Shown: piece by piece, positions 28,295-39,291 of the stretch
Position numbering within the stretch: position 1 is the first letter of the stretch
How the letters are laid out: each line of letters begins with the position of its first letter
Assembly: GCA_963778655.1 (NCBI GenBank)
Contig: CAVZVA010000012.1
Coordinates: forward strand, 64,001 to 128,000
Length of the DNA: 64,000 nt
Source: an uncultured delta proteobacterium
GTDB lineage: Bacteria; Myxococcota_A; Polyangia; Polyangiales; JAFGIB01
Direction of reading: 5' to 3'
Made by a program: the position numbers and the translations under genes
The notes under the pieces: model-generated
What the model was told of the DNA's origin: nothing
The model's database searches: none
What the model saw: the letters and a program-made list of their open reading frames with translations, nothing else

Positions 28295-30043
28295 ATGTCG
28301 TCGAAGTCTTACAATCGGATCATTCGCGGCGGCACGCTGGTGGACGGGTCGGGCGCGCCGGCCCGGGAGGCCGATGTCGGTGTCAAGGAAGGGCGCATCG
28401 CGGCGATCGGCCGCATCCAGCAGTCCGCCGCGCTCGAGATCGATGCGCGCGGCTTGCTGGTCACCCCCGGGTTCGTCGATATCCATACCCACTACGACGG
28501 GCAAGCGACCTGGGACCAACGCATGCAGCCGTCCTCCTGGCACGGCGTCACCAGCGTGGTGATGGGCAACTGCGGGGTCGGCTTCGCGCCCTGCCGGCAG
28601 AGTGACCACGAGCGCCTGATCCGACTGATGGAAGGAGTGGAGGACATCCCCTTCCCGGTGCTCTCGCAGGGCCTTTCGTGGAGCTGGGAGAGCTTCGGCG
28701 ACTACCTGAGCACGCTCGAGCGGCGCTGCTTCGACGTGGACATCGGCACGCAATTGCCGCATGCCGCGCTGCGCGTATTCGTGATGGGCGAGCGTGGGGC
28801 CGCGCGCGAGCCGGCCACGACCGACGACATCGCGCAAATGGCGGAGCTCGCCCACGACGCCGCGCGCGCGGGCGCGCTCGGATTTTCGACCTCGCGCACG
28901 CTGAACCACCGCACCAGCGACGGCCAGCCCACGCCCACGCTCACCGCCAGCGAGGACGAGCTCACGGGCATCGCGTGCGGGCTGGCGCGCGCGGGTTGCG
29001 GCGTGCTGCAGGTGGTATCGGACTTCGCCGATGCGGACGCGGAGCTCGCGATGCTGCGCAGGATCGTCGAGCGCTCGGGTCGGCCGCTGTCGTTTTCTCT
29101 GGTGCAGGCCCCGGGCCGGCCGGCCCAGTGGCAGCACATGCTCGACCTGCTGGTCGAGGCGAACGCCGCCGAGCTGCCGATCACGGCGCAGGTGTGCGGG
29201 CGTCCGGTCGGGATCCTGTTCGGGCTGGAGCTGACGCTCAACCCCTTCAGCCATCACCCGAGCTACCGCGAGATCGCGCGGCTGCCGCTGGCCGAGCGCG
29301 TGCGGCGGTTGCGCGACCCGGCGTTTCGCGCGCATCTGCTCGGCGAGAGCAGCGCCGCGCAGCGCGGCTTTGCCGCGAGCCAGCCGCGCAACTGGTCGAT
29401 GCTCTACCTGCTCGGGAACCCGCCCGACTACGAGCAGGGGCCGCAGCGGACCGTGGCGGCGCTCGCGGTCGCGCAAGGGGTCGCACCCGAGGCGCTGGCG
29501 CTCGATCACATGCTGTCGAACGACGGGCGCGGCATGCTGTACCTGCCGTTTCTCAACTACGTCGACGGCAACCTCGAGCCCAGCTATCACATGCTGCGCC
29601 ATCCTCACACGCTGCCCGGGCTCTCCGACGGCGGCGCTCACGTCGGGATGATCTGCGACGGCAGCTTTCCCACCAGCAACATCACGCACTGGACGCGCGA
29701 GCGCACGCGCGGGGCCAAGCTCCCTCTGGAGCAGATGGTGAAACGGCAGAGCTGGGACACAGCCCGCGCGCTGCGGCTGTACGACCGCGGGCTGCTCGCG
29801 CCCGGCTACCGCGCGGACCTCAACGTGATCGACTACGACAAGCTCGCGCTGCTGCCGCCGGAGGTGGCCTATGACCTGCCCGCGGGCGGACGCCGCCTGC
29901 TGCAGCGCGCGCGCGGCTACGTCGCAACCATGGTCGCGGGTGAGGTCACCTATCGAGACGGCGAGGCGACCGGGACGCTGCCCGGGCGGCTGATCCGCGG
30001 CTCGCAAGCAGCGCCAAGCCCAGCCGAGGGGAGAGCACCATGA
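28295..30043 (+). CDS. Amidohydrolase, N-acyl-D-amino-acid deacylase family
   Basis: [45 protein letters not shown]. Confidence 0.92.
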   Translation: MSSKSYNRIIRGGTLVDGSGAPAREADVGVKEGRIAAIGRIQQSAALEIDARGLLVTPGFVDIHTHYDGQATWDQRMQPSSWHGVTSVVMGNCGVGFAPCRQSDHERLIRLMEGVEDIPFPVLSQGLSWSWESFGDYLSTLERRCFDVDIGTQLPHAALRVFVMGERGAAREPATTDDIAQMAELAHDAARAGALGFSTSRTLNHRTSDGQPTPTLTASEDELTGIACGLARAGCGVLQVVSDFADADAELAMLRRIVERSGRPLSFSLVQAPGRPAQWQHMLDLLVEANAAELPITAQVCGRPVGILFGLELTLNPFSHHPSYREIARLPLAERVRRLRDPAFRAHLLGESSAAQRGFAASQPRNWSMLYLLGNPPDYEQGPQRTVAALAVAQGVAPEALALDHMLSNDGRGMLYLPFLNYVDGNLEPSYHMLRHPHTLPGLSDGGAHVGMICDGSFPTSNITHWTRERTRGAKLPLEQMVKRQSWDTARALRLYDRGLLAPGYRADLNVIDYDKLALLPPEVAYDLPAGGRRLLQRARGYVATMVAGEVTYRDGEATGTLPGRLIRGSQAAPSPAEGRAP

Positions 30044-31068
30044 CGGCAGCCATCCTGGAGCCTGCGTGCGAGTGGACGCGCGACGACGTCGCGGATCCCG
30101 AGCAGTGGACCGAGCGCCTGAGCGACGCCGAGATCGCCGAAATCGCCGCGGCGATCGCGTTTGCGCGCGCGCGTTCGAGCGATTTCCTGGAGATCGGCAA
30201 GGACCAGTTTCCGCTGCCGACGCTGGGGCCGCGCTTGCACCGGATCGAGAACGAGCTGATCAACGGTCGCGGTTTCGTCCTGATCCGCGGGCTGCCGCGC
30301 GAGCGCTACAGCAACGACGAGATGTGTCTGGCCTACTGGGGCATAGGCGCGCACCTGGGCAAGCCTTGGCCGCAGAACCACCATGGCCACGTGCTCGGCG
30401 ACGTCACCGACCAGGGCAAGGCCGTGACCGATCCGAGCGCGCGCGGCAATGAGCTCGGCCAGATCGGGCTCGAGTACCACTGCGACGGTTCTGACCTGGT
30501 GGGCCTGCTGTGTCTGCAGAGCGCAGCCGAAGGCGGGCTTTCGGCCGTGGCGAGCTCCGTCTCGCTGCACAACGAGCTCGTGCGCAGCAATCCCGAGGCC
30601 GCCGCGGAGCTGTATCAGCCGCAGCCGTACGACTACCGCGGCGAGCAAGCGCCCGGCAAGCGCGCGTGGTACACGGCGCCCGTGTTCACCAAGTGGGGCG
30701 AGCGCTTGTTCGTGCGCTTGATCGGTGCGTACATCATGGCGTCGCAGCGTCACCCCGACGCGCCACGCCTGACTCCGGCCGCGAAGAAGGCGCTAGCTTG
30801 GATGCGCGAGCAGGCCGATAGCGGCCGCTACAGCGTGGTGATGGACTTTCGCCCGGGCGACATGCAGTTCATCAACAACTATCACGTCCTCCACGGCCGC
30901 ACTCCGTACAGCGACGACCCTGCCAGCGGCCGCGTGCGGCACCTGAAACGGCTGTGGCTGGAAACCGAGGTGCTGCGCGACCGCCCTCCGCAGTTCGCGA
31001 ACCACGGCCGCTCGCACTGGGCCAGGCAGCGCGTGATCAGCCGGCTCGACGCCGGAGGTCGAAGCTGA
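30040..31068 (+). CDS. TauD/TfdA-family Fe(II)/2-oxoglutarate dioxygenase
   Basis: HCD facial-triad motif, GDMQFINN...LHGRT, RHLKRLWL. ATGA overlap with the amidohydrolase. Confidence 0.9.
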   Translation: MTAAILEPACEWTRDDVADPEQWTERLSDAEIAEIAAAIAFARARSSDFLEIGKDQFPLPTLGPRLHRIENELINGRGFVLIRGLPRERYSNDEMCLAYWGIGAHLGKPWPQNHHGHVLGDVTDQGKAVTDPSARGNELGQIGLEYHCDGSDLVGLLCLQSAAEGGLSAVASSVSLHNELVRSNPEAAAELYQPQPYDYRGEQAPGKRAWYTAPVFTKWGERLFVRLIGAYIMASQRHPDAPRLTPAAKKALAWMREQADSGRYSVVMDFRPGDMQFINNYHVLHGRTPYSDDPASGRVRHLKRLWLETEVLRDRPPQFANHGRSHWARQRVISRLDAGGRS

Positions 31069-31074
31069 TCGGAG

Positions 31075-31099
31075 CTAACCTAGCCTAGCCTAACCTAAC
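31075..31099. repeat. Pentamer tandem repeat CTA(A/G)C x5
   Basis: CTAAC CTAGC CTAGC CTAAC CTAAC between convergent stop codons. Confidence 0.8.
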
Positions 31100-32768
31100 G
31101 CAACCTCAGCACCTCGACCAGGGAGCGCCTGCGCTGCCACGACAGCACGCTTTCTTCGAACCGCGCCTGCCAGCTGGAGGGGCGCAGGCTCTTGCGGAAC
31201 AGTCGCGGGTCGAAGCGGTCGCGGTCCAGCTGTGGTGGACCGCTGCCGTCGAAATACGACCAGTCCATGATCAACCAAGCGTCGTGCACGGCGGCCAGAT
31301 CGCGACCCTCGAGCAGCTCCAGCTGATGTGGCTTGGGCGGCTCAAAACGCAGCAGAGCGTGACCGCGCATGCGCCACACCTCGTCGACGACGTAGATCGT
31401 GTCCGGTCCGCCGGCTCGCTTGATGCGCTCGAAGGTGGCCTTGACGCCCGGCACCGGGCTTCCCCAGAAGCGCGTATTGGCTTCCAGGATAGCCGCGCTG
31501 CAGCAGACGTACAGCACTGCGGCGGCGGCCAGGGCTTGGCGCAGCCGCGGCAGCCGCCATGCCGCAGGCAGCAGGGCGGCAGCGACGACGCCGACGAGCA
31601 CCGAGCTAGGAACGGTGAGAATGGTGAGAAAGCGCTCGTACTTCCAGATCGGTTGATAGGAGGTCAGGCTCGTGGAGCCAAACTCGAAGAATGCGTACAA
31701 GGCGGCGAACGCCGCCAGCGGCAGTCGTGCGGCCGGGAGCCTGCGCCAGCGGACCGCCGCAAAGCACGCGGCAGGCCAGACCAGGTAGTAGTGCAGTCCC
31801 AGATAGGTGTTGACGGCGTAGCGGGCGCAGTCCTTGAATGCCCAGGTCCGCGACGCTAGATGGGGCAGCTCGGCCAGCAGGCGGACGATCGGGAGCATGG
31901 TGAACAGGTGCTGGAACGCCTTGCCCGTACCGGTCCACTTGGTGCCTGTTCCGTCGTAGATGAGCTGTCGAAGCTGAATCCCGTAGTCCCCGCTGGCGAG
32001 CCCGAGCGCGATCCAGAAGCAACCGAGCAGGACCGCAAAGAAGAGCCCGGGAAGGGCCGCGCGTAGCAGACGCTGGCGAGGTTGCAGCAACGCGAACAGG
32101 CCGAGCGACACCAGCAGAATGCCACTGGTCGCGCGCGCTTCGAACGAGCACCCGACGAAGAAGGCGGCCAATGCGTACAGACCAATCCCGTGAGCGTCGA
32201 GGGCACGGCGCTGCGCGCGCAGCGTCAGGTACATGGCCATCCCCGTGTAGAAGGGAATGACCGAGTCGGGCAGCAAGCTGGTGCCGTACCAGATTTCCTG
32301 GGGAACGGCCGCGCTCAGTGCAGCGGCAATCCAGCCCGCCCGTTCGCCAGCGAGGTCACGGGCAAACGCGAAGCTCACGACGACTGCCGAGAGCGAGAAG
32401 CACAGGCCGAGCAGCTCCAGGCTGAGCTCCGTCCTGCCGAACAGCGCCTGAAACGCGGCCAGCGGGAGCACGATGCTCACGCGGTTTGCGTAGATGTCCG
32501 AAATGCCTGTGAGATAGGAGGCCCAACCGAGCTCGTTTGCGTCGAGCGCGGCGTTGACGTAGGCGAAATCATCCTTGAAGGCCAGCCCTTGCCCGTAGCG
32601 GAGGCGCAGCAACAGGCAGGCTGCGAGCAGGCCGCAGAACAGCCAGCGGAACGACCTGGAGACCGCGACGGATCCGCCCGGCGCTTCGCGCTGGTCGACC
32701 GAAGGGGGAGAGCGCGGCTTCGAGCCGGTGCTCGCTTTCATCCGCGCTTCGCCGATCGCCGAGTCCAT
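31095..32768 (-). CDS. GT-C fold glycosyltransferase (ArnT/PMT-like)
   Basis: Acidic DDFAY motif after TM1, many TM segments, LLPD, ERF, soluble C-terminal tail. Confidence 0.78.
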   Translation of the reverse strand: MDSAIGEARMKASTGSKPRSPPSVDQREAPGGSVAVSRSFRWLFCGLLAACLLLRLRYGQGLAFKDDFAYVNAALDANELGWASYLTGISDIYANRVSIVLPLAAFQALFGRTELSLELLGLCFSLSAVVVSFAFARDLAGERAGWIAAALSAAVPQEIWYGTSLLPDSVIPFYTGMAMYLTLRAQRRALDAHGIGLYALAAFFVGCSFEARATSGILLVSLGLFALLQPRQRLLRAALPGLFFAVLLGCFWIALGLASGDYGIQLRQLIYDGTGTKWTGTGKAFQHLFTMLPIVRLLAELPHLASRTWAFKDCARYAVNTYLGLHYYLVWPAACFAAVRWRRLPAARLPLAAFAALYAFFEFGSTSLTSYQPIWKYERFLTILTVPSSVLVGVVAAALLPAAWRLPRLRQALAAAAVLYVCCSAAILEANTRFWGSPVPGVKATFERIKRAGGPDTIYVVDEVWRMRGHALLRFEPPKPHQLELLEGRDLAAVHDAWLIMDWSYFDGSGPPQLDRDRFDPRLFRKSLRPSSWQARFEESVLSWQRRRSLVEVLRLR

Positions 32769-32890
32769 CCGTGTTGTTCGCAGGCACGCCAGAGTGACGG
32801 GCCGCGGTGAGGCTACATCACAACGTCGGATCCGGATGCTGAGCGGGCTCGGGGATCGATGTGGATGGCGGTGGCAGCCGGTTCCGCGGC

Positions 32891-34701
32891 ATGATGGCCG
32901 CCGTGAACCGCAGGAGGGCGTTGCTGTTCCTGCTCCTGGTCTGCAGCGCGGCGGGCATCCGGGTGCTGGCGTTGTGGGCCGACCGCGGCGCGCTGCTCTA
33001 TCACAGCGGCGGTCTCGACGCGCCGCAATACCTCGGGATGGCTCGCGGCTTCGCCCGGGGGCAATGGCCGGACGCGCAGCCGTTCTTCTGGGCTCCTGGC
33101 TACCCAGTGTTTCTCGGGCTGTTGGCGCTGGTCTCCGACAGGCTGCTGTGGCTCAAGGCCGTGCAGGTCGGGCTCGGTGCCATGACCAGCGGCCTCGTCG
33201 GCCTGGTCGCATCGCGACTGTTTTGCGACGTGCGCGTAGCGCTGCTGTCGGCGGCGATCGCGGCGCTGTATGGGCCGCTCGTCTACTACGACCTGCAGAT
33301 CTCACCGGCCTCGCTCGACGTCTTCCTGTACTTGCTCTTGCTGGCGTTGCTGCTCGAAGCGCGCAAGCGAGGTCGGCTGTGGTTGTGGCTCGCCGCGGGC
33401 GCCGCGTGCGCCGCGTCGGTCGTGACGAGGGGGGCCGCTCTGCTGTTGTTGCCCTGGGCGCTGCTGTGGATGGGGCGGGACCTGCGCGCGGCTCGGGCGC
33501 GAGGTCTGCGCGCGCAGGCCCTTCCGCCGCTCGCGCTGCTGCTGCCGGTGGCGCTCACGCTGTGCCTGGTCGCGGCTCACAATCATCGCTACGACCGCGC
33601 TCGAGGTGCTGGGCTCGGCGCGTATGCGACGAACGCAGGCGGCGAGATCCTGATCTCCTACAACCTCGGAATCAATTTCCTGCTTGGCAACGTTGCGGAG
33701 CTGTACGCGACAAACCACGTCGAAGACCCGCTGTGCTTCCTCAACTACAAGATGGCCATCTACGAGCCCGTCCTTCACGGAGTGCTCAGGCCGTCGGCGC
33801 AAAGCAGATATCTGTTCGATCGAGGCGCGCGCTTCATCGCCGGCCATCCCGTGCATGGCTCGGCTTGATGGGGACGAAGCTCGCCGAGCTGGCCAGCGGC
33901 AACGAGATCTCGCGCGACTCCAGCATCTACGCCGCGCGGGTCGACAACGCGGTGCTGGCGTGGCTGCTCTGGAAGCGCGGTATCGCCTTTCCATCCGGGC
34001 TCTTGATTCCGCTGGCGCTGCTGGGCCTCGCATTCGCGCCAAGAGATTCGACACGCCACTTCTTGATCCTCGGAGCGCTGGCGAGTCAGGCGCTGTTCGT
34101 GCTCGCGTTCTTCGTCACGACCCGCTACCGGCTGACGTTGTGGACCTCCGCGATCCCATATGCGGCCTACGCCCTTGTCGCCGCACCGGCAGCGCTGCGC
34201 GCTTGGGATCGGCCCCGCGTGTTGGGTGCAATCGCCCTGGCGCTCGTCCTGGCTGCGTTTTGCAACTACCGCGTGGGCAAGATGCCGTTGCGGCACCTCG
34301 CCTTCGAGCACGACCACCTGGGTTCCGTGCTCGACCGCGAGGGCAAGCACGACCAGGCCGCGGAGCAGTGGCGCTCCGCGGTAGCCCTCGACCCGCGCTA
34401 CGCGTCGGCGCACTTCCAGCTCGCCAAATACTACGCCCGGCGGAAGGCTCTGGCCGGCGCTGCGTCTCACTACGACCAGGGGCTGCGTGCGGCGCCGACG
34501 GCATTCGCCGCGCGCGTGGAATACGCCAAGCTCCTGGTCCGACAGGCGCGCTCGAGCGAAGCGGCCGATCAAATCCGGCGAGTGCTTGCTCGACTTCCGA
34601 GCTCGCTGACCCGCTACACGGTGTGTGCATTCGCCGCGCGCGCGCGGCTGAACGTACGGTCGGAGTGCCCACGGCCGGGTGCGTCCGATCGCGGCCCATG
34701 A
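32891..34701 (+). CDS. GT-C (PMT-like) glycosyltransferase with C-terminal TPR repeats; one-base frameshift near 33850
   Basis: LDAPQY, APGYP and YNLGINF..GN in one frame. After HP at about 33850 it continues in another frame as AWLGLMGTK..RYR..AVALDPRYASAHFQLA (TPR). Confidence 0.78.
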
Positions 34702-35074
34702 GCATCCAACGCGCGGCCGGCAGGCGCCGGAGCGTCGAGCGGGAGTTCGCGATCACGCGTCGCGCCGGGCGTCGATGTCGCCCTTGGCTCACCGCGTTCT
34801 TGGCTTGTCGCCCGTCGTTTATTGGCAAAAGTTGGGCGCCAGATTGTCGCGATACTGTCGTTGAACAAATGACGGCGCGGCCCACCAAATGACTGGCATG
34901 CCAGGTGTATTCCGCGGCTCCGCGGACAAGTTGCGCGCCTCCACGGGCGAGTCGCAGCGTGCTGCAATCGCCACAGCTCGCATTGACGGCTAGGCATGTC
35001 GAGGGCTATGGAAAGGGAGTGGGTAACCCTCCGACATCGGATAGGGTTCGAGGTGAAACGGAGGAACAAACAAC

Positions 35075-36250
35075 ATGTTCGATTCGGGTGTTCGGGGTGT
35101 GTTTTTGAAGGGATCGTCGTATGCGGCGATAGCAGCGCTGGTGGTGCTCTCGGGCGTGGCCTGTAGTGCCTCCAACAGCAACAACAAAGGCGGTGGTACT
35201 GGCGGCGCCGGCATGAATGCCGTCAATGGTGCGATCGGCACCGGCGGCGCGTCCGTCGGAGCGACTGGAGGTACTGCCGCCCCCAGTCCAAGCCAGGGAG
35301 GGGCGACGACCTCCACGGGCGGCACGGCTGCACCCACGGGCGGTGGCGGCGCAACCGCGCCCATGTCCACGGGCGCTACGGGCGGTACGGGCGGCATGGG
35401 CGCGGCAGGTGCGACCAGCTCCGGGGATGCCGGAATGGGCGCTGCCGGAAGCGCCGGCGGAGGCGGTGGTACGCCTCCCGTGAGCGCGGGCTGTCTGGAC
35501 GGCATCACGGACTACGGAAGCGATGGTCCGTTCTCCGTTCAGACCATGACAATGGGCCTTATCAACTTCTGGGTGCCGATGGTGCCCTCGGGTTGCAAGG
35601 TTCCCGTCATTCACCTGGCCAATGGCACCGGCGCCAACTGCGCCGTCTACGCCGAGGCGCTCAACCGCTTGGCCACGCACGGCTTCCTGGCGTGCTGCTA
35701 CGAGGACCCGAACACCGGTGCCGGCGATCAGGGCCTGATGGCCCTCGACACCGCGCTCTCGATGTTTCCTGATCTCGCCGACATGAAGTTCGGCTCCACG
35801 GGCCACTCTCAGGGCGGTCAGGCGGCCTTCACGGTTCTCGCGCTCGCCGAGCAGAAGTACGGCGACAAGATGATCTACGCGGGGCTCGCGATGGAGCCCG
35901 CGAGCGGCTTCGGCACGCAGCCGACCAGTGCCACCTGGCAGCAGCTGTACATGGGGATCAAGTCGCCGATGTTCATGTTCAGCGGCTTGGGCACCGACGG
36001 CCTGGTTTCGCAGGCTTGGGTGCAGCAAGCCTACGATGCGACCAGTCCGACCGAAGAGGCCTACTTCTGGACGGCGAGCGGAGCCACGCACATTCCCGTG
36101 CCCAACGGCGAGGAAGAAGAGATCTCGGTTCCGTGGTTCCGCTGGAAGCTGCTGGGTGATCAGAAGGCGTGCGAGTTCTTCAAGGCGATCCCGATGACCG
36201 ACACCAAGTGGGCTCAGGTCGCGTCGAAGAACGAGCAGCCCTGCATGTAG
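35075..36250 (+). CDS. Lipoprotein alpha/beta hydrolase (cutinase/chlorophyllase-like)
   Basis: GGAGGA SD, GVAC lipobox, linker, DGPF, ANGTG, LATHGF, GHSQGG, TDGLV, GATH, WFRWKLLGD. Confidence 0.85.
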   Translation: MFDSGVRGVFLKGSSYAAIAALVVLSGVACSASNSNNKGGGTGGAGMNAVNGAIGTGGASVGATGGTAAPSPSQGGATTSTGGTAAPTGGGGATAPMSTGATGGTGGMGAAGATSSGDAGMGAAGSAGGGGGTPPVSAGCLDGITDYGSDGPFSVQTMTMGLINFWVPMVPSGCKVPVIHLANGTGANCAVYAEALNRLATHGFLACCYEDPNTGAGDQGLMALDTALSMFPDLADMKFGSTGHSQGGQAAFTVLALAEQKYGDKMIYAGLAMEPASGFGTQPTSATWQQLYMGIKSPMFMFSGLGTDGLVSQAWVQQAYDATSPTEEAYFWTASGATHIPVPNGEEEEISVPWFRWKLLGDQKACEFFKAIPMTDTKWAQVASKNEQPCM

Positions 36251-36352
36251 CGCCGCGCGGCTCGGGACCCGGGTGCCGTGCCCGGGCCCGAGCCTTGTCG
36301 GGCGATGTCGTACCGCCCCAGCGAGCGAGGCCGTTCCGGCCTGCTCGGTGCT

Positions 36353-36543
36353 CTAAATGACCGATCACGGGTCGGGAACGGCCATGCCGATCGGTCATTT
36401 AGCGGTGCGACGGATGCGGCACCACCGCGAGAGGGTGAATGCGCGAGGGCTTTGCCTCGCGCACAGGGAGTCGGCGCGACTCCCTGGCAATCAAAGGAGA
36501 AATCAGAGTTTGTGATTCGATCCCGAATCGCGAGCTCTGATTT
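36353..36543. repeat. Cluster of five consecutive hairpins (REP/MITE-like or structured RNA)
   Basis: CTAAATGACCGATC/GATCGGTCATTTAG (14 bp), GCGGTG/CACCGC, TGCGCGAGG/CCTCGCGCA, CAGGGAGTCG/CGACTCCCTG, and a 20-bp stem at 36500-36543 with three G.U pairs. Confidence 0.7.
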
Positions 36544-36790
36544 GGCGCTACTGCTCCCCTTCTCTCGTAGGTGGATTTCTGCGCGCGACGGGCGCGGGCG
36601 CCACGGCTTCTCGGGCTTCGCCCTGCGATGCCGGCGTAACTGTAGGAATGCTCCACGTATTTCACTGGAGCGCAACACCGCGAGCGGCCTCGTCCCGCGT
36701 GGACAGGCGACCGCGATGGGCACAACCGCCGCCGGCGGGTGTGCCTGCGTTCGCAACGGTCGGGGTACATGCCTACTCGGAGGAACGAGC

Positions 36791-37423
36791 ATGACCCAGG
36801 ATGCATTGCGCTGGAGCAAGGGGCGAGGCCCGTGGGCCCTGTGTCCGTGCCGCGCCGGCTTTGCGCTGGCCTCGGCCTTGTTGTTGATGTGTGTGTCGGC
36901 GTGCAGTGCCGGTGGCTCCCCGACGATCATCACTCCCGGGGGTGGCGGCGGCAGCGCGGGAGCGCCCGGAACCTCGAGCTCGCTTGCGGCCAGCGCTTCG
37001 GACTTTGCCACGGCGTCGGTGTGCTCGAGCGACGCGCACTGGACACGCGGCGATCGGGAATCGCCGCTGATGCACCCCGGCGGTACCTGCATTTCTTGCC
37101 ACTCGAGCGGCGAAGGTCCGGCGTTTTCGATCGCGGGCACCGTGTACCCGACGGGGCACGAGCCGAACGACTGCAACGGCGTAGACGGTGCAGGCGACGT
37201 GCAGGTGGTCATCACCGACGCCGCGGGCAGCGTGCTCACGCTCGACGTCAACGCCGCCGGCAACTTCTCTTCCAACAGTCGCATCGCGATGCCCTTCCAC
37301 GCGAAGGTCGTGACCATGGGCCAGGAACGCGCGATGGCCGCCGCCCAGACGACCGGCGACTGCAATGGCTGCCACACCGAGGGCGGCGCGAACGGCGCAC
37401 CGGGTCGCATCATGCTGCCGTGA
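36791..37423 (+). CDS. Dihaem c-type cytochrome lipoprotein
   Basis: GGAGGA SD, VSAC lipobox, CISCH and CNGCH motifs, AGTVYP, AGNF. Confidence 0.85.
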   Translation: MTQDALRWSKGRGPWALCPCRAGFALASALLLMCVSACSAGGSPTIITPGGGGGSAGAPGTSSSLAASASDFATASVCSSDAHWTRGDRESPLMHPGGTCISCHSSGEGPAFSIAGTVYPTGHEPNDCNGVDGAGDVQVVITDAAGSVLTLDVNAAGNFSSNSRIAMPFHAKVVTMGQERAMAAAQTTGDCNGCHTEGGANGAPGRIMLP

Positions 37424-37519
37424 GGCAGATGGGACGGCTGGCCCGGTGTCGCGAGCGCGCCAGGCCGATCGATTGTCGCGCGATCGGCGCCGCCGGCGAA
37501 GGGCGCGGTGACTACGCGC

Positions 37520-39187
37520 TCACTTCGGCGGTTGCCAGCCGCCGAGCACCATGGTCGGATCGCGCAGCGCGGCCGCCTGCGAGGCGTTGATCTGGCTCGA
37601 GCCCGCGATGCGCTGGCTGGTGTCGAGCCGATTGCCGCTCAGATCCGTGCTCTGGTACTCCCAGAAGCGCAGCGAGGACGACGCGAACCCGCCGGTGATG
37701 GTCCAGCCCGCGGGGGAGATGTGGCTGCCCATCTGGCAGTTGACGTAGGCCACCTGGCTTCCGGGGTAGACGCTGGCGTCGATGCGGCCGAGCGTGCTGC
37801 CGGTGATGCCCGGGTCGCTGGTCAGCTTGGAATCGACGAATACGTAGCCGTAGGCGCCGGCCGCGTTGCGCGCCTGCACGTTGTAGCCGGAGCGCACCAC
37901 GGTCTTGATCTCGCAGCTGTCGAAGTACGCCGCGCCCGTGCCCCAGATGAAATCGACGTTGCCTTCGATGTAGCAGTTCTTGGCGTAGAGGCGGCCGCTC
38001 CACAGCAAGGTGTCCTGCAGGCTCAAGATGTCGGCGTCGCGCACCACGCACTGATCGCAGGTCTGCAGTCGCAACGCCTCGGCCTGCGAGCCGCCCTGCG
38101 GCGTGAGGTTGTGGATGGTCATGTTCTCGATCAGCAGGCCGCTGCTTGCGTCGACGCCCACCAGCGAGCGCGTGGCGGTGCTCGGGTTCAGGTTGTTGTT
38201 GTTCGTGCCCTCGATGATCGTGGCTCTGCGGTCGGCGCCGCGCAGGGTCACGTTGTTCTTGTGCGAGAGGTGGATCACCTCGTGATAGGTGCCGCGCGCG
38301 AGCTCGATCACCGCCGGCGCGGTGTTATTGGCGGGCAAGGCGTCGAGCGCACCCTGCACCGAGCAGAAGTCACCCGAGCCGTCGAGCGCCACCGACAGCG
38401 AGCCGAGGTTCGCGGGCGGCGCGGCGGCGGTGGTGAAACGCCAGCTGCTCGCGCCGCTGACCGCGAACGGCGTGGTGGTGGGACCCGTGACCGCGCCCGC
38501 GTCGACGGTCACGTAGTAGCTGTGGCCGTAGCCGAGCGCGTGCGACGGCAAGTAGATCACCGCGTCGTTGCCATCGACGTAGGCCGGCCGCGTCAAGTTG
38601 AAGCTGGTGCCGCCGATAGTGTCGCTGAAGCTCGACTTGGCCAGGTCGACCACCGCAATCGCGGCCGCGCCCGCCATCGCGTCGAACACCTGGATCTTGC
38701 CCGCGTTGCCGATCTGGGGTGGGCCCGAGAAACGGATGCGCAGCGGCGGATCCGGGCACACCCCCTGCGCGTCGGGCGCGGGGAACAGCAGGTATCCGCC
38801 GGGAGGCGCGCTGGGTTGGCCGGCGTCGGCAGCACCCGCATCACTGCCGCCCGCGTCGGGCGCAGGGGTCGCGCCGGCATCGGACGCAGAGCCTGCGGCA
38901 CCCGCGCCCCCGCCCCCGCCCGTGCCACCTGCGCCACCCGCACCGGGCACCGCGCCGCCCGCGCCGCCCATGCCCGGCGATGGTCCCGCGTTGCCGCCTG
39001 TCGCGCCGCCCCCCGTGCCTCCTGGCCCGCCCGTGCCGTTGGGTGCTCCGGTCACCAGCGTGCCGCCCGTGCCCGGCGCGCCCGCCGCCGCCTGTTGGGG
39101 CTGCCCGGACGTGCTGCAAGCAGCTGCCAGCCCGACGGCCAGTAGCGCGAGCGGGAGGGCGGGCGTGGTGCGAAAGTCGATGCCCAT
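37520..39187 (-). CDS. Pectin methylesterase (CE8) lipoprotein with Ig-like domain
   Basis: AAAC lipobox, DGSGDFCSVQGALD, QAEAL, QDTL, IEGNVDFIWG, LGR, FWEY. Confidence 0.92.
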   Translation of the reverse strand: MGIDFRTTPALPLALLAVGLAAACSTSGQPQQAAAGAPGTGGTLVTGAPNGTGGPGGTGGGATGGNAGPSPGMGGAGGAVPGAGGAGGTGGGGGAGAAGSASDAGATPAPDAGGSDAGAADAGQPSAPPGGYLLFPAPDAQGVCPDPPLRIRFSGPPQIGNAGKIQVFDAMAGAAAIAVVDLAKSSFSDTIGGTSFNLTRPAYVDGNDAVIYLPSHALGYGHSYYVTVDAGAVTGPTTTPFAVSGASSWRFTTAAAPPANLGSLSVALDGSGDFCSVQGALDALPANNTAPAVIELARGTYHEVIHLSHKNNVTLRGADRRATIIEGTNNNNLNPSTATRSLVGVDASSGLLIENMTIHNLTPQGGSQAEALRLQTCDQCVVRDADILSLQDTLLWSGRLYAKNCYIEGNVDFIWGTGAAYFDSCEIKTVVRSGYNVQARNAAGAYGYVFVDSKLTSDPGITGSTLGRIDASVYPGSQVAYVNCQMGSHISPAGWTITGGFASSSLRFWEYQSTDLSGNRLDTSQRIAGSSQINASQAAALRDPTMVLGGWQPPK

Positions 39188-39291
39188 GTGTTGGCGGCGG
39201 TGGTCTCGAGGTGGTGCGGCGTGGGCGCCGCGTCGGGTCATGCGCGGGCGCCCCCGGCTGGCGTGAAGCTGGAGCTTGACCAGGCGCGGCA

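Noticed and set aside
26909..30007. 1032-aa minus-strand ORF (likewise 49256..51898 -, 54137..56215 +, 22061..24049 -, 17259..19091 -)
   Set aside because: Antisense shadows of well-supported genes. They are Arg/Ala-rich with no motifs, as expected from stop-codon scarcity at high GC.
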